From: Candidatus Latescibacterota bacterium
GTDB taxonomy: Bacteria > Latescibacterota > UBA2968 > GCA-2709665
Assembly (NCBI GenBank): GCA_965203805.1
Contig: OZ241917.1
Span: 2,944,001-3,008,000 of the forward strand
Direction: 5' to 3'
DNA length: 64,000 bases
Part shown: in pieces, positions 38,277 through 48,902 of the stretch
Layout of the letters: every line of letters begins with the position of its first letter
How positions within the stretch are numbered: position 1 is the stretch's first letter
Translations under genes and position numbers: made by a program
Notes under the pieces: model-generated
What the model saw: only the letters and a program-made list of their open reading frames with translations
Databases searched by the model: none
What the model was told of the DNA's origin: nothing

Positions 38277-40292
38277 GTGACAACCGAAGCTGGGACAGAC
38301 CCGAACGTCGGGATTCCGGAACCGGGCGCGGCGGCGGTCGACAGGGATGGTCTGACGCCGCGCGCGTTCGGAATCGGTCTCGTCCTGTGCGTACTCATGT
38401 GCGTGGGCCTCACCTACAACCGCATGATCACCCAGGGCTCCTTCATTGGCGGCGGGTACTACATGGACAGGGGCGCGCTGTTTGTCTTGTTCCTCCTTGT
38501 CCTGGCCGTGAATCCGCTGCTGGGCGTAATCAGGAACCGGTTCGCCCTGACGCGCGGCGAATTGCTCGCCATTTACGCCATGTTTCTCATTCTCCTGCCC
38601 GCGTGGGTGATGACGAAGCCGGTGATCCTCTATACGACCGGCGTCACATACCACGCGACGCCGGAGTTGCGTCATATCGAAGCCGTTCCCCCCCACCTGC
38701 TGCCCTGGCTGGTACCGCAGGGCGCCGGGACGGTCAAGAATCTCTACGAAGGACTTCCAAGAGGAGGTTCGATCCCGTGGCTGGGATGGGTTCTGCCCCT
38801 GTGGAGCTGGGGGTCGTTCCTTATCGTGCTCTTCATTGTGCTCATCTGCATGGGCGTGCTGATGCGCAAACAATGGGAGGAACACGAACGGTTTGCGTTC
38901 CCCCTGATGCAGGTACCGCTCGCGATGCTGGAGTCCGGAGAGGGCCGGATCGCCCCCGTGTTCCGCAGCCGGCTGATGGCCGCCGGGTTCGCGATCCCGT
39001 CTCTGGTCGGTACGCTTCGGGGGCTGAGATATTACTTTCCGAATATTCCCACTATCAACCTGGGGACGCACGTTCGGATCTTCCGGCGGACGATGGTGCT
39101 GCCTTTCAAAGTCCATTTCCTTGTACTCGCATATTCCTTTTTCATCAATCTGGACGTGAGTCTCAGCCTGTGGGTGATAAACCTGGTTACCAAGGTGATT
39201 CGCGGCACACTGGCGATGGTCGGCGCGGGCCAGACCTGGGGGGTGTCCGGTGTCGTGGGACGTTACAGTTCCCAGGGGTCCGAATTTCTGGCGTTGATGG
39301 GGATGGGGTATATTCTCGCGCTCGCCGCGTACAGCCTTTACGTTGCCAGGGGCCACCTCCGGCAGGTATGGGAACAGATCCGCGGCCGTGCATCGAGCCT
39401 GCAGGATTCGGACGAGGTCGTCTCCTACCGGTCGGCCGCGCTGGGCGTTGTTCTGGGCCTGAGTTACCTTGGACTGTGGCTCTACCAGGCGGGAATTTCG
39501 CCGCCGCTGGTTCTGTTTCTTCTCGTATCCAGTCTCATCGTCTTCTTTGTGATGGCGCGGATTGTGAGCGAAACGGGATTCGTCGCGACCTACTCCCCCC
39601 TCAATCCGTCCGAGTTCGTGGTGTGCGCGGTGGGCTCCGCCGCGTTCGGTCCGACGGGTCTCGCCACGCTGGGGATCAGCTACGTGTGGACGATGACGCG
39701 CAGAAATACGTTGATGCCGCACGCCATGGGGGCCCTTCGGCTGGCGCGCGAGATCGGAAGGAAGCGGGGGCTTGTCTGGGCAATGGGAGCGGCGCTGGTC
39801 CTGGGGCTGGTCGCCACGGGCTACACGACGTTGAGTTTCGGGTATACCCACGGCGGCGTCAATATCGACTATCCCTGGTTCAGCAACGTGAACGACGCGG
39901 CTTCGCCGTTCGACGAGTTCATCGGACGACGGCTGCTGGAACCCAGCCCGGTCTTCACGATGGGTTTCCTCTATACGGCCCTGGGTACCGGGGTTGCCGC
40001 CCTGCTGATTCTGCTCAGGATGCGTCTGCCCTGGTGGCCGTTCCATCCGGCCGCGTTACCATTGAGTACGGTGTGGTACATGGACTGGTTCGGATTCAGC
40101 GTGTTCCTGGCGTGGGGCATAAAGGCGATCGTTCTGCGGGTGGGCGGGGCGGACCTCTACCGAAAAGCGCGTCCGTTCTTTGTCGGGATGATCCTGGGCG
40201 AGGTCATCTGCTCGGGAGGTTGGTCGGTGGTAAGCGCCTTTACGGGACGGCTTAAAACCTGGCCGTTCATGGGCTACTGGAGTTCGTCGTAA
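38277..40292 (+). CDS. Multi-pass membrane transporter-like protein (DUF6785/DUF6784-like), paralogue 1
   Basis: RAFGIG, LYEGLP..IPW..W, RKQWEEHERFAFP, RIVSETG, WWPFHP, RPFFVG. Confidence 0.8.
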   Translation: MTTEAGTDPNVGIPEPGAAAVDRDGLTPRAFGIGLVLCVLMCVGLTYNRMITQGSFIGGGYYMDRGALFVLFLLVLAVNPLLGVIRNRFALTRGELLAIYAMFLILLPAWVMTKPVILYTTGVTYHATPELRHIEAVPPHLLPWLVPQGAGTVKNLYEGLPRGGSIPWLGWVLPLWSWGSFLIVLFIVLICMGVLMRKQWEEHERFAFPLMQVPLAMLESGEGRIAPVFRSRLMAAGFAIPSLVGTLRGLRYYFPNIPTINLGTHVRIFRRTMVLPFKVHFLVLAYSFFINLDVSLSLWVINLVTKVIRGTLAMVGAGQTWGVSGVVGRYSSQGSEFLALMGMGYILALAAYSLYVARGHLRQVWEQIRGRASSLQDSDEVVSYRSAALGVVLGLSYLGLWLYQAGISPPLVLFLLVSSLIVFFVMARIVSETGFVATYSPLNPSEFVVCAVGSAAFGPTGLATLGISYVWTMTRRNTLMPHAMGALRLAREIGRKRGLVWAMGAALVLGLVATGYTTLSFGYTHGGVNIDYPWFSNVNDAASPFDEFIGRRLLEPSPVFTMGFLYTALGTGVAALLILLRMRLPWWPFHPAALPLSTVWYMDWFGFSVFLAWGIKAIVLRVGGADLYRKARPFFVGMILGEVICSGGWSVVSAFTGRLKTWPFMGYWSSS

Positions 40293-40373
40293 TTCGCCCA
40301 TGGAGCTGACGCGGATCGGGCAACCCAGAGATCGAGAGATCATATTCAAGGCATACCCAAAAAGGAGAATGCA

Positions 40374-42395
40374 ATGCCAGAACGCGACCGGAATCTCCGT
40401 CGCGCCGCGCTGCTGCTTTTTCCGGACGCCGTGCTGAACGAGGCGACGCTCGACCGGATTGTCCGCGAAGGGTTCACCGACGTGGGCGCGGGAGTCACGG
40501 TCACGCCGGCGATCAAACAACAGGGCTTCTCGCTGGAACAGTCGGAGCGGCTCGCCCGGATGTGCGAGGAACGGGACCTGGGATTCATCGCCTTCACCGG
40601 GTACATAAAGTATAAAGAGCATCTGCTGGCGAAAGAACCCCACCGGCTGATGCATATGGTCGGCGATGACGGCGTACTGGACCTGGACGGGCTGCCGGTC
40701 CGGTATCTGTGTCCGTTTCGGCCCGAGAACAAGAGCCACTACCTCACCCTGCTGATGGAAATCTGCAACTGGCCCGCAGTGCGGGAAATCCACCTCAATG
40801 ACGAGGCGTGTCTCGGGTTCGGAGACGGCACGATCGGCTGTTACTGCGCGTTCTGCGAGGCTGAATTCAGCAAACGGACCGGTGTCAAGCCTCCCCGGAT
40901 TGCGGATTGGGATGACCCGTTGTGGTATACATGGCTGGAAGGCCGCTTTGAAAACTGGGACGCGGTACACTCGGAATTTCGAAGCGCCATCAAAAACGTC
41001 CGTCCCGATGTGACTGTTGGCATCCAGCACAGTCCCGCCATCCCCGAGCGGAACTACAATGCCTGGCAGACCGCCATCCTCCTCGCCCGCGACGCGCGTT
41101 CACAGGACGTCATCGCCACGGATCCCTATCACTTCAATCACGACGACCTCATCCTGCACCGGCCTCACCGCAGGATCCTCTCGGAGACCACGAGAAGTCT
41201 GATGGGCGCCTGCATGGACCGGCAGGTGGACATCTATCCCCAGGGTTTCATGCCGCCGGAACAGGCCGTGCCGATGGGCAGGCAGGACGGTCTCCTGGCC
41301 GGCGTGGTGCCATTCGCGCTGGGCGCAGACCTCGTCATGCCGTTTACCTACGAGCAGATGAAGATCATCCCGGGGTTCTTCGAAGCATTCGACGAGACCC
41401 GGCGCCTCATGCCGGTGTTTGCGTCCCACCGTCCGTACAGCTTCGCCACGATGATCATGCCCCAGCAATCCGAAATCACCGGCCACTACGATTCGAACTG
41501 GGGACATACCGGATTGATCCGGATGGTCGACATGGTCTACCGGACGGGATTGCCGTGGCGATGGTTCTGGGACGGGCGCCTGGACGACGCGGGCGACCAG
41601 CTGACGGGCCCGGTGATCCTGCCCGAGGCGCACTGCCTTACGCAGTCCCAGCTCGATTGTATCAACGCGGTTGCGGAACGCGGAGAGGGTCTCCTGTGGG
41701 TCGGCAACCGGCCAGCCGGCCCCTGGAAAGGCACCGGCGCATGCGAGCTGCCTTGGGAGATCGAGTCGGGCGCCTTTGAAGTCGACCTCTTGCGCAACCA
41801 TCCGCTCACAGAGGGCCTGGAACATCCTGTAATCCTGAACACCCGGGTGGCAGGCGGGTATCCGGACGGGCAGGTGCTGGGGACCGTGGATGGCCGTCCG
41901 GCCCTGGTGCTGGTCGAGGAAGGAGCCCGTCGGGAGGCCTGGCTGGCGGGCATGCCTGCCGTGAAATATACCGGTAACGTCCCCGGGATGTCTTTTCTGG
42001 AGGAGACATCCAACGTGGCGTTGCTGAGGAGACTGATCCTGTGGGCGGGCGGCCGACGGCCCCTGGCGCGGTTGACTCCCTTTCCGCCCGTGGACGATTA
42101 CCGAACGCTGCGGCCGACCGACAGGAGGGCCGTGCCCACGATCGAGCTGCTTCCAATGGTCAATGGCAGCGATTCCCTGCTCGCCATCGTCTTTCCATAT
42201 ACGCCGGTCAGGAGCCAGACAGCGCTGGAGATCGTCCTTCCCGAAGGAGAAAGCGCACAAGACGTCAACGAGATCTGGTCCGGCGCAAACTGGAACGACC
42301 GCGTGATATCGGCGAAGGACGGAACGATGCGCATACCGCTCGATATTCCCGGCGATTGCGACCTCCTGGCAATACACATTCAGTCCGCAGGTTGA
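40374..42395 (+). CDS. GH42-like hypothetical glycoside hydrolase, paralogue of 31270-33372
   Basis: CPF, NDEA..CYC..C, TDPY, RPTDRRAVPTIE. Confidence 0.65.
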   Translation: MPERDRNLRRAALLLFPDAVLNEATLDRIVREGFTDVGAGVTVTPAIKQQGFSLEQSERLARMCEERDLGFIAFTGYIKYKEHLLAKEPHRLMHMVGDDGVLDLDGLPVRYLCPFRPENKSHYLTLLMEICNWPAVREIHLNDEACLGFGDGTIGCYCAFCEAEFSKRTGVKPPRIADWDDPLWYTWLEGRFENWDAVHSEFRSAIKNVRPDVTVGIQHSPAIPERNYNAWQTAILLARDARSQDVIATDPYHFNHDDLILHRPHRRILSETTRSLMGACMDRQVDIYPQGFMPPEQAVPMGRQDGLLAGVVPFALGADLVMPFTYEQMKIIPGFFEAFDETRRLMPVFASHRPYSFATMIMPQQSEITGHYDSNWGHTGLIRMVDMVYRTGLPWRWFWDGRLDDAGDQLTGPVILPEAHCLTQSQLDCINAVAERGEGLLWVGNRPAGPWKGTGACELPWEIESGAFEVDLLRNHPLTEGLEHPVILNTRVAGGYPDGQVLGTVDGRPALVLVEEGARREAWLAGMPAVKYTGNVPGMSFLEETSNVALLRRLILWAGGRRPLARLTPFPPVDDYRTLRPTDRRAVPTIELLPMVNGSDSLLAIVFPYTPVRSQTALEIVLPEGESAQDVNEIWSGANWNDRVISAKDGTMRIPLDIPGDCDLLAIHIQSAG

Positions 42396-42430
42396 ATGCT
42401 CTCAAGCCGCAGTCCGGAGGTGCCCAACGA

Positions 42431-44410
42431 ATGGCTCAGGCAGCCCGAGTGGTCATGTCGGATGTCCGAAAAACGGCCGGGTCGACCGGAGACGGTCTGT
42501 CGGTCCGGGCGTTCCTGATCGGACTGGGGCTGTGCGCCTTTCTGGGGGTCTGGCTGACGTACAACCGGATGGTGGTCCAGGGGCCGTTTATGGGCTGGTA
42601 CTTCCTGGACCGGGGCGTGCTGTTCCTCTTTTTCTGTCTGGCTGTATTGATCAACCCCCTGCTCGGTCTGCTGAAACGCCGCTTCGCCCTGGGCCGGGGC
42701 GAGTTGCTGGCCATCTACGCGATGCTGCTGCTCCTTATGCCCGCATGGGCGATGTGCAAGGCATTGCTCGGGTTCATGACCGGCGTCACCTACTACGCCT
42801 CCCCGGAGATGCGCCACCTGGAGGCCGTCCTGCCCTATTCGCTGCCGTGGCTGGCGGTCCTGGACGCCGAGCCGGTCAGGTGGCTGTACGAAGGCCTGCC
42901 GAAGGGAGGTTCCGTCCCCTGGTGGGCGTGGGTGGTCCCTCTATGGAGTTGGGGGTCGTTCCTGGTCGCGCTGTTTGTGGTACTGGGTTGTGTGGCAGTC
43001 ATCCTGAGAAAGCAGTGGGAGGAACACGAGCGGTTCGCCTTCCCGATCATGCAGGTCCCACTCGCGATGGGCGAGCGTGGAGAAGGTCTGATAGGACCGC
43101 TGTTCCGCGGCCGGATGATGTGGTCGGGTTTTGCGGTTCCGCTCGGCATCGGCTCCATCAACGCACTGCACAGCTATTTCCACACGCTGCCGCGAATGAG
43201 CCTGCGGACGGTGATCTGGATCTTCAGGCGTGCGATTCCGCTGTCAATCAGGCTCAACTTCGCGCTCCTTGGCTATGCCTATTTCGTGAACCTGGACGTG
43301 AGCCTCAGCATCTGGCTCCTCAACGTCATCGCCAAATGCATAAACGGCGCGTTCGTGATGCTGGGCGCGGAACGATACGGCGTATCCGGGATGGTGGGAC
43401 GCCACAGCTCCCAGGGCTCGGAACTCCTCGCGTTCATGGGCATGGGGTACATGCTGGCCCTGGCCGGGTACAGCCTGTGGATTGCCCGCGGACATTTAAG
43501 GGCTGTGTGGGCAAAGGCGCTCGGTCGCGAATCGAGTCTGGACGATTCGGACGAGGTGCTCCCCTATCGCACGGCAGTGGCTTGTGTGGTCGCGGGGACG
43601 CTGTATCTGGGATGCTGGCTCTACCAGGCCGGGCTGCCGCCGCACGTGATCGCCCTGCTGTTTGCCGCCTGTTTCGTCGTATTCCTCGTGCTTGCGCGCA
43701 TCGTGAGCGAAACCGGCTATGCCGCAACCTATTCTCCGCTGAATCCGTCGGAGTTTGTGGTCTGCGCGGTCGGGTCCTCGGCCTTCGGTCCGATGGGGCT
43801 GGTTACGAACGGACTGAATTACGTATGGACGATGACCCGGCTCAATACGATGATGCCCCGTGCTTCCGCGGCGCTCAGACTGGCCGGGGAAATGGGAAGA
43901 ACCCGAGGCCTGATATGGGCGATGGGCGCGGCCCTGGCCGTCGGACTGGTCGTCGCCAGCCACACGACGCTGGATCTCGGGTACGCCCACGGCGGACGAA
44001 ACCTCGACTACTGGTTCCGCGACGTGAACGACGCCGCCCTGCCCTTCGACGAATACGTGGGTCGCCGCCTGCTGGATCCGAGCCCGGTCTTCTACAGGGG
44101 ATTTGCATATACAGGACTGGGCCTTGGCATTGCCCTGCTGCTCATGGTCCTGCGGATGCGCCTGCCATGGTGGCCCCTGCACCCCGTGGCGTTGCCGGTG
44201 AGTACGATCTGGATGACGGAGCACTACTATTTCAGCGTTTTTCTGGCCTGGGGGATCAAAGCGCTGGTGATGAAGTTCGGAGGGGCGTCCCTGTACCGGA
44301 AAACCAGGCCGTTCTTTGTCGGGATTATCGTGGGTGAGGCGGTTTGTTTGGGAATGTGGAGTATTATTGACTATTTTACAGGGAAAGTCGGCAATATGTC
44401 CCTGCTTTAA
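42431..44410 (+). CDS. DUF6785/DUF6784-like transporter, paralogue 2
   Basis: GGAGG RBS; same motifs as 38277-40292. Confidence 0.8.
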   Translation: MAQAARVVMSDVRKTAGSTGDGLSVRAFLIGLGLCAFLGVWLTYNRMVVQGPFMGWYFLDRGVLFLFFCLAVLINPLLGLLKRRFALGRGELLAIYAMLLLLMPAWAMCKALLGFMTGVTYYASPEMRHLEAVLPYSLPWLAVLDAEPVRWLYEGLPKGGSVPWWAWVVPLWSWGSFLVALFVVLGCVAVILRKQWEEHERFAFPIMQVPLAMGERGEGLIGPLFRGRMMWSGFAVPLGIGSINALHSYFHTLPRMSLRTVIWIFRRAIPLSIRLNFALLGYAYFVNLDVSLSIWLLNVIAKCINGAFVMLGAERYGVSGMVGRHSSQGSELLAFMGMGYMLALAGYSLWIARGHLRAVWAKALGRESSLDDSDEVLPYRTAVACVVAGTLYLGCWLYQAGLPPHVIALLFAACFVVFLVLARIVSETGYAATYSPLNPSEFVVCAVGSSAFGPMGLVTNGLNYVWTMTRLNTMMPRASAALRLAGEMGRTRGLIWAMGAALAVGLVVASHTTLDLGYAHGGRNLDYWFRDVNDAALPFDEYVGRRLLDPSPVFYRGFAYTGLGLGIALLLMVLRMRLPWWPLHPVALPVSTIWMTEHYYFSVFLAWGIKALVMKFGGASLYRKTRPFFVGIIVGEAVCLGMWSIIDYFTGKVGNMSLL

Positions 44411-44471
44411 CGAATAAAACGTCCATCGATGATCGAACGAACGATCACTCTTGCCGGAAGGAGTCGGAACC

Positions 44472-45350
44472 ATGCTTTCTCAGGCACAGGTTGATTTCTA
44501 CCAGGACAACGGCTATCTGGGCGTGGAGGACGTTCTCTCCCACGACGAGATCGCAGAACTCCGCCGGGTCACCGACGCGTTTGTCGAAGCGTCGAGGCAG
44601 GTCACCAGGACCGACAAGGTATTCGACCTGGAACCGGGCCATACGCCGGACAACCCGCAACTGCGCCGTCTCATTGATCCCTCCAGACAGCATGACGCGT
44701 ACGCCCGCGGCCTGCGCCACGAGAAGATCCTGGACATCACCGCGCAGCTCATCGGGCCCGGCATCCGGACGAATGGAGACAAACTCAATATGAAATCCGC
44801 GGAGGTGGGCAGCCCCGTGGAATGGCACCAGGACTGGGCGTTCTACCCCCACACCAACGACGATCTGCTGGCCGTCGGCGTCGCGATAGACGATATGACT
44901 CTCGAGAACGGCTGCCTGCTTGTCGTCCCGGGGTCTCACAAGGGGCGCATCCACGACCACCACCTCAACGGTCGCTTTGCCGGGGCCGTTACCGAACCCG
45001 ATTTCACCGGCGAAGGCGCAGTCCCGATCGAAATCGAGGCCGGGGGCATTTCCATCCACCACGTCCGGACGCTTCACGCATCCGCCCCGAACACTTCCGG
45101 CAAGCCCAGGCGTCTGCTCCTTTACATGTATTGTGCGGTCGATGCATGGCCCCTGGCCCAGCCCATAAACACCTGGGAGGAGTTCAACGGAAAGATTCTC
45201 CGCGGGGAACCCACACGCGAACCGCGCATGGTCAGCGTGCCGGTCCGGGTCCCGCTACCGCCGGCGGAGCGCACAGGATCCATATATGAAATTCAGACCA
45301 TCCTGGAAGAGAGTAAGATGACCCCTGTCGAAGCCGGTGCGGGAAACTGA
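44472..45350 (+). CDS. PhyH family Fe(II)/2OG dioxygenase
   Basis: VEWHQDW, ENGCL.VVPGSH, LHASAPN..RR. Confidence 0.9.
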   Translation: MLSQAQVDFYQDNGYLGVEDVLSHDEIAELRRVTDAFVEASRQVTRTDKVFDLEPGHTPDNPQLRRLIDPSRQHDAYARGLRHEKILDITAQLIGPGIRTNGDKLNMKSAEVGSPVEWHQDWAFYPHTNDDLLAVGVAIDDMTLENGCLLVVPGSHKGRIHDHHLNGRFAGAVTEPDFTGEGAVPIEIEAGGISIHHVRTLHASAPNTSGKPRRLLLYMYCAVDAWPLAQPINTWEEFNGKILRGEPTREPRMVSVPVRVPLPPAERTGSIYEIQTILEESKMTPVEAGAGN

Positions 45351-45371
45351 ATCCGCAAGGGGGGTAGGTCG

Positions 45372-47294
45372 GTGGCGGATGACACGCGGGACGGATTGAC
45401 GGGCCGGGCGTTCCTGATCGGCCTCGTTCTCTGCCTCGGCCTTGCAGTGGCAATCCCGTACAACCGCATGGTGATCCAGGGCACCTCGCTCCACTATTAT
45501 TTCGTGGACCGGGGCATCCTGTTTGTTTTTCTGTTTCTTGTCCTCATCTGTAACGTCGTCCTCAAGCCGGCGCGCTCGCTGAAGCGAGGAGAACTCCTGT
45601 GCATCTTTTCGATGTTGCTGGTGTCCATGCCCGCCCTGTGGATGGTCAAGTGGCTCATCGCCTTCCTCACCGGCGTGACCTACTACGCTTCTCCGGAGCG
45701 CCCTGACCTCCAGGCGGTGCTGCCGCATATTCTGCCGTGGACGGCGCCCGGGAACGCCGAAGCCGTGCGGGGGTTCTACGAGGGGCTTCCGCACAACGTC
45801 TCGATTCCCTGGCTCCCCTGGCTGGCCCCCCTGGCGAGTTGGGGTTCTTTTTTTCTTGTATTGTTCGTGGTTCTGGTATGCATCGCCGTGATCTTTCGCA
45901 GGCAGTGGGCGGAGTACGAGCGGTTCGCGTTCCCGATCCTGCAGGTACCGCTGGAAATGGCGGAAACGGACGGACGGCGACTCGGTCCCCTGTTCAGGAA
46001 CCGGTTGATGTGGGCTGGGTTCGCGGTTCCACTTCTGATCGGTACCATCAACGGGCTGAATCACTATTTCTATACCCTGCCGCGAATCCAGATGGGGACG
46101 ATGCTCACCATCTTTCAGGGAACCACACCGCTGCCCCTGAGACTTCACTTCGCAATTCTCGGGTATTCGTACTTCGTAAACCTGGACGTAAGCCTGAGTA
46201 TCTGGCTGTTCAACGTAATCTCAAAGGTCATCAGGGGGATGCTTGCCGTTGTGGGCGCGGAGTATTCGGACGTGTCCGGGATGGTGGGACGGTTCAGTTC
46301 GAGGGGCTCGTCGTTTCTCGCGCTGACGGGAATGGGGTATATGCTCGTGCTGGCAGCCTACAGCGCATGGACGGCGCGGGGCCACCTGCGCGGGGTGTTC
46401 GCCAGTGCCATGGGGACATCGCCGGCGGCCGACGATTCCGATGAAGTCATCTCCTACCGTGCGGCTGTATTCGGGGCCCTTGGGGGCCTGGTGTATCTCG
46501 GGTGCTGGCTCCATCAGGCGGGAATCCCGGTCGCGTTGATCCTGTTTCTGTTTTTTTCCTGCATCGTAGTCTTTTTTGTCCTGGGACGGATTGTTAGCGA
46601 GACGGGGTTCGTGGCCACGTATTCTCCGATCAACCCCGCTGAGTTTGTGGTCTGCGCGACGGGCTCGTCGACCTTCGGCCCGGCGGGGCTCGTAACGCTC
46701 GGGTTCGGTTACGCGTGGACGATGACACGCGTCAGCAATGTGATGCCCCGTGCGATGGGGGCGCTGTGGCTGTCAAGGACAATTGCGCGCAGGCGCGGCA
46801 TGATCTGGGCGATGGGCGCGGCGATGGCGGTTGGACTGCTTTGCGCGTGCGCGTTGACCCTGGACCTGGGCTACGCGCGCGGTGGACTGAACCTGGACCG
46901 GCACTTCCGCGATTACTCCCGCATTCCTTTCGACGCCTTTGTCGGTTCGCGCATGCTGGAGCCGAGTCCCGTGTTTACGAAAGGGCTGCTTTATACCGGA
47001 CTCGGGATGGGTGTCGCGGGATTGTTGACCCTGGCGAGAATGCGGCTTAAATGGTGGCCGCTCCATCCGGTGGCGCTGCCTTTAAGTACCATCTGGTACA
47101 CGGATACTTATTTCTTCAGTGTATTCCTGGCCTGGGCGATGAAAGCGATCGTCTTGAAATTCGGCGGCGCGACGCTCTACCGAAGGACCCGGCCCCTGTT
47201 CATGGGGATTATTCTGGGGGAGGCCACCGGCGCGGGTGTGTGGGTCATCGTGGACTATTTCACGGGGACGATCGCCAACAGGATCTTCATATAG
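45372..47294 (+). CDS. DUF6785/DUF6784-like transporter, paralogue 3
   Basis: Same motifs as the other two copies. Confidence 0.8.
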   Translation: MADDTRDGLTGRAFLIGLVLCLGLAVAIPYNRMVIQGTSLHYYFVDRGILFVFLFLVLICNVVLKPARSLKRGELLCIFSMLLVSMPALWMVKWLIAFLTGVTYYASPERPDLQAVLPHILPWTAPGNAEAVRGFYEGLPHNVSIPWLPWLAPLASWGSFFLVLFVVLVCIAVIFRRQWAEYERFAFPILQVPLEMAETDGRRLGPLFRNRLMWAGFAVPLLIGTINGLNHYFYTLPRIQMGTMLTIFQGTTPLPLRLHFAILGYSYFVNLDVSLSIWLFNVISKVIRGMLAVVGAEYSDVSGMVGRFSSRGSSFLALTGMGYMLVLAAYSAWTARGHLRGVFASAMGTSPAADDSDEVISYRAAVFGALGGLVYLGCWLHQAGIPVALILFLFFSCIVVFFVLGRIVSETGFVATYSPINPAEFVVCATGSSTFGPAGLVTLGFGYAWTMTRVSNVMPRAMGALWLSRTIARRRGMIWAMGAAMAVGLLCACALTLDLGYARGGLNLDRHFRDYSRIPFDAFVGSRMLEPSPVFTKGLLYTGLGMGVAGLLTLARMRLKWWPLHPVALPLSTIWYTDTYFFSVFLAWAMKAIVLKFGGATLYRRTRPLFMGIILGEATGAGVWVIVDYFTGTIANRIFI

Positions 47295-47309
47295 GCGGCC
47301 GTCGGCGAA

Positions 47310-48869
47310 ATGGGAGGCAAGATGCATATTTTCGACATGAACTGTATGTTGGGACCGACGCGCACCGACCGGGAGCCGTGTTTTCGGACACCCGAAATGC
47401 TCCTGGCGGAGATGGACAGACTGGGCATCTCGGAAGCTCTGGTTCACGCGAGCCACGGGGCAATGGGGCACCCCTCGGACGCGAACGCCAAGGTGGTGGA
47501 GGCCACGCGTTCCCACCCGCGCCTGCACCCCTGCTGGGCGGTGCTGCCGCCGGGAACGGGGGAACTGCCCGAGCCGCAGGAACTCGTGGCGCAGATGCGC
47601 ACGCATGGCGTACGGGCGGCCAGGATATTTCCCGGAGTACACGTTTTTCCGTTGCTGGAGCGAATACTGCGGCCGCTGCTTAAGGCCCTCTCCGAAGCGG
47701 GAATTCCATTGATTCTGGACCAGGGCCGCACGAGCTGGAGCCAGCTCACGGACTGGCGCGGGGTCTTCGAAATCGCAGAGGCGCACCCCAAGCTGCCGCT
47801 GGTGTTGATTCGCGAAGGAGGCGCGACCGCGCGAGCGCTGTTCGGAGTTTGGGACGCGTTTCCCAACATCCACATCGAGGCATCATACATCCAGGAGTCG
47901 CGGATCGTCGAGGAGATTACAGGACGGTTCGGACACCGCCGGCTGTTGTTCGGGACCGGGATGCCCGCCTGGGACCCGGGAGGCCCGCTGGGCCTCCTCG
48001 AGGGGGCACGCATTTCGGAGCATCAGCGGGCCGATATCGCCGGGGACACCCTCCGGCGGCTTCTGGGCCTCCCGGAGCGGGGTGCCGGGACGGCGCCGGC
48101 CTGGCCCTGCGGCGCGGGCGGCTTCCGCGTGTTCGACGTTCACGGCCACCTGGGCAGATTTCAGTCGAAGTACCACCGCGACTGGTCGGCCGAACAGATG
48201 GTGTCGCGCATGGATGAAGTGGGCGTGGAGCGGTTTGCGGTCAGCCACTTTATGGCGATCGGCGCCGACTACCGCGAAGGAAACACCCGGATCGGCGCAG
48301 GCGTTGCGGCCTTTCCGGACAGGCTCGTGGGATACGCGGTCTACAATCCGAATTACGAATCCGAGATGGCCGACGAGATGGCGCGCGGGTTCGACGAACT
48401 GGGTTGTTCGGGTATCAAACTGCACTGCGCCCTTCACGACACCTCGACCGAGGACCCACGCTACCGTCTCGCGTTTCAGACGGCGCACGATCGGAACTGT
48501 CCCATGCTGTGCCACGTCAACCGCGGGCCGTCTCCTGCCTTCCTGATGGATACGCTCGCGGCGTTCCCAAACGCGAAGTTCATTTACGCGCATATCGGCG
48601 GTGGCACTCGCGAGGAACTGAAGCCCTTTCTCGACGTCGCCCACGAGCGGCCGAATCTGTTTTTCGATCTTGGGTACTCGAAAATGGCTCGCGGCACCCT
48701 CGCCTGGCTCGTCGAACAGGCGCCGCCCGCACAGATCCTGTACGGATCGGACCATCCCGTCAACGGGTTTCCATATCAGCTCGGGCGGGTGCTCTACGCC
48801 GACATTCCCGACGTGTTGAAGCGCATGATTCTGTGGGACAACGCGGCCAGGATATTTGGCGTGCAGTGA
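47310..48869 (+). CDS. Tandem two-domain amidohydrolase (Amidohydro_2-like)
   Basis: N-domain FDMNC...LLFGTG; C-domain FDVHGH, IKLH, CH, AH, ILYGSD. Confidence 0.8.
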   Translation: MGGKMHIFDMNCMLGPTRTDREPCFRTPEMLLAEMDRLGISEALVHASHGAMGHPSDANAKVVEATRSHPRLHPCWAVLPPGTGELPEPQELVAQMRTHGVRAARIFPGVHVFPLLERILRPLLKALSEAGIPLILDQGRTSWSQLTDWRGVFEIAEAHPKLPLVLIREGGATARALFGVWDAFPNIHIEASYIQESRIVEEITGRFGHRRLLFGTGMPAWDPGGPLGLLEGARISEHQRADIAGDTLRRLLGLPERGAGTAPAWPCGAGGFRVFDVHGHLGRFQSKYHRDWSAEQMVSRMDEVGVERFAVSHFMAIGADYREGNTRIGAGVAAFPDRLVGYAVYNPNYESEMADEMARGFDELGCSGIKLHCALHDTSTEDPRYRLAFQTAHDRNCPMLCHVNRGPSPAFLMDTLAAFPNAKFIYAHIGGGTREELKPFLDVAHERPNLFFDLGYSKMARGTLAWLVEQAPPAQILYGSDHPVNGFPYQLGRVLYADIPDVLKRMILWDNAARIFGVQ

Positions 48870-48902
48870 CGGATTCTTAAGGAAATTCGGAGGTCTTCAA
48901 AC

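Noticed and set aside
38193-44473. Long alternative-frame ORFs over the transporter genes (e.g. 38193-40046, 38387-40255, 42532-44337) and the 42041 start
   Set aside because: Arg/Gly/Pro-rich shadow ORFs; the paralogue alignment and RBS place the second transporter start at 42431
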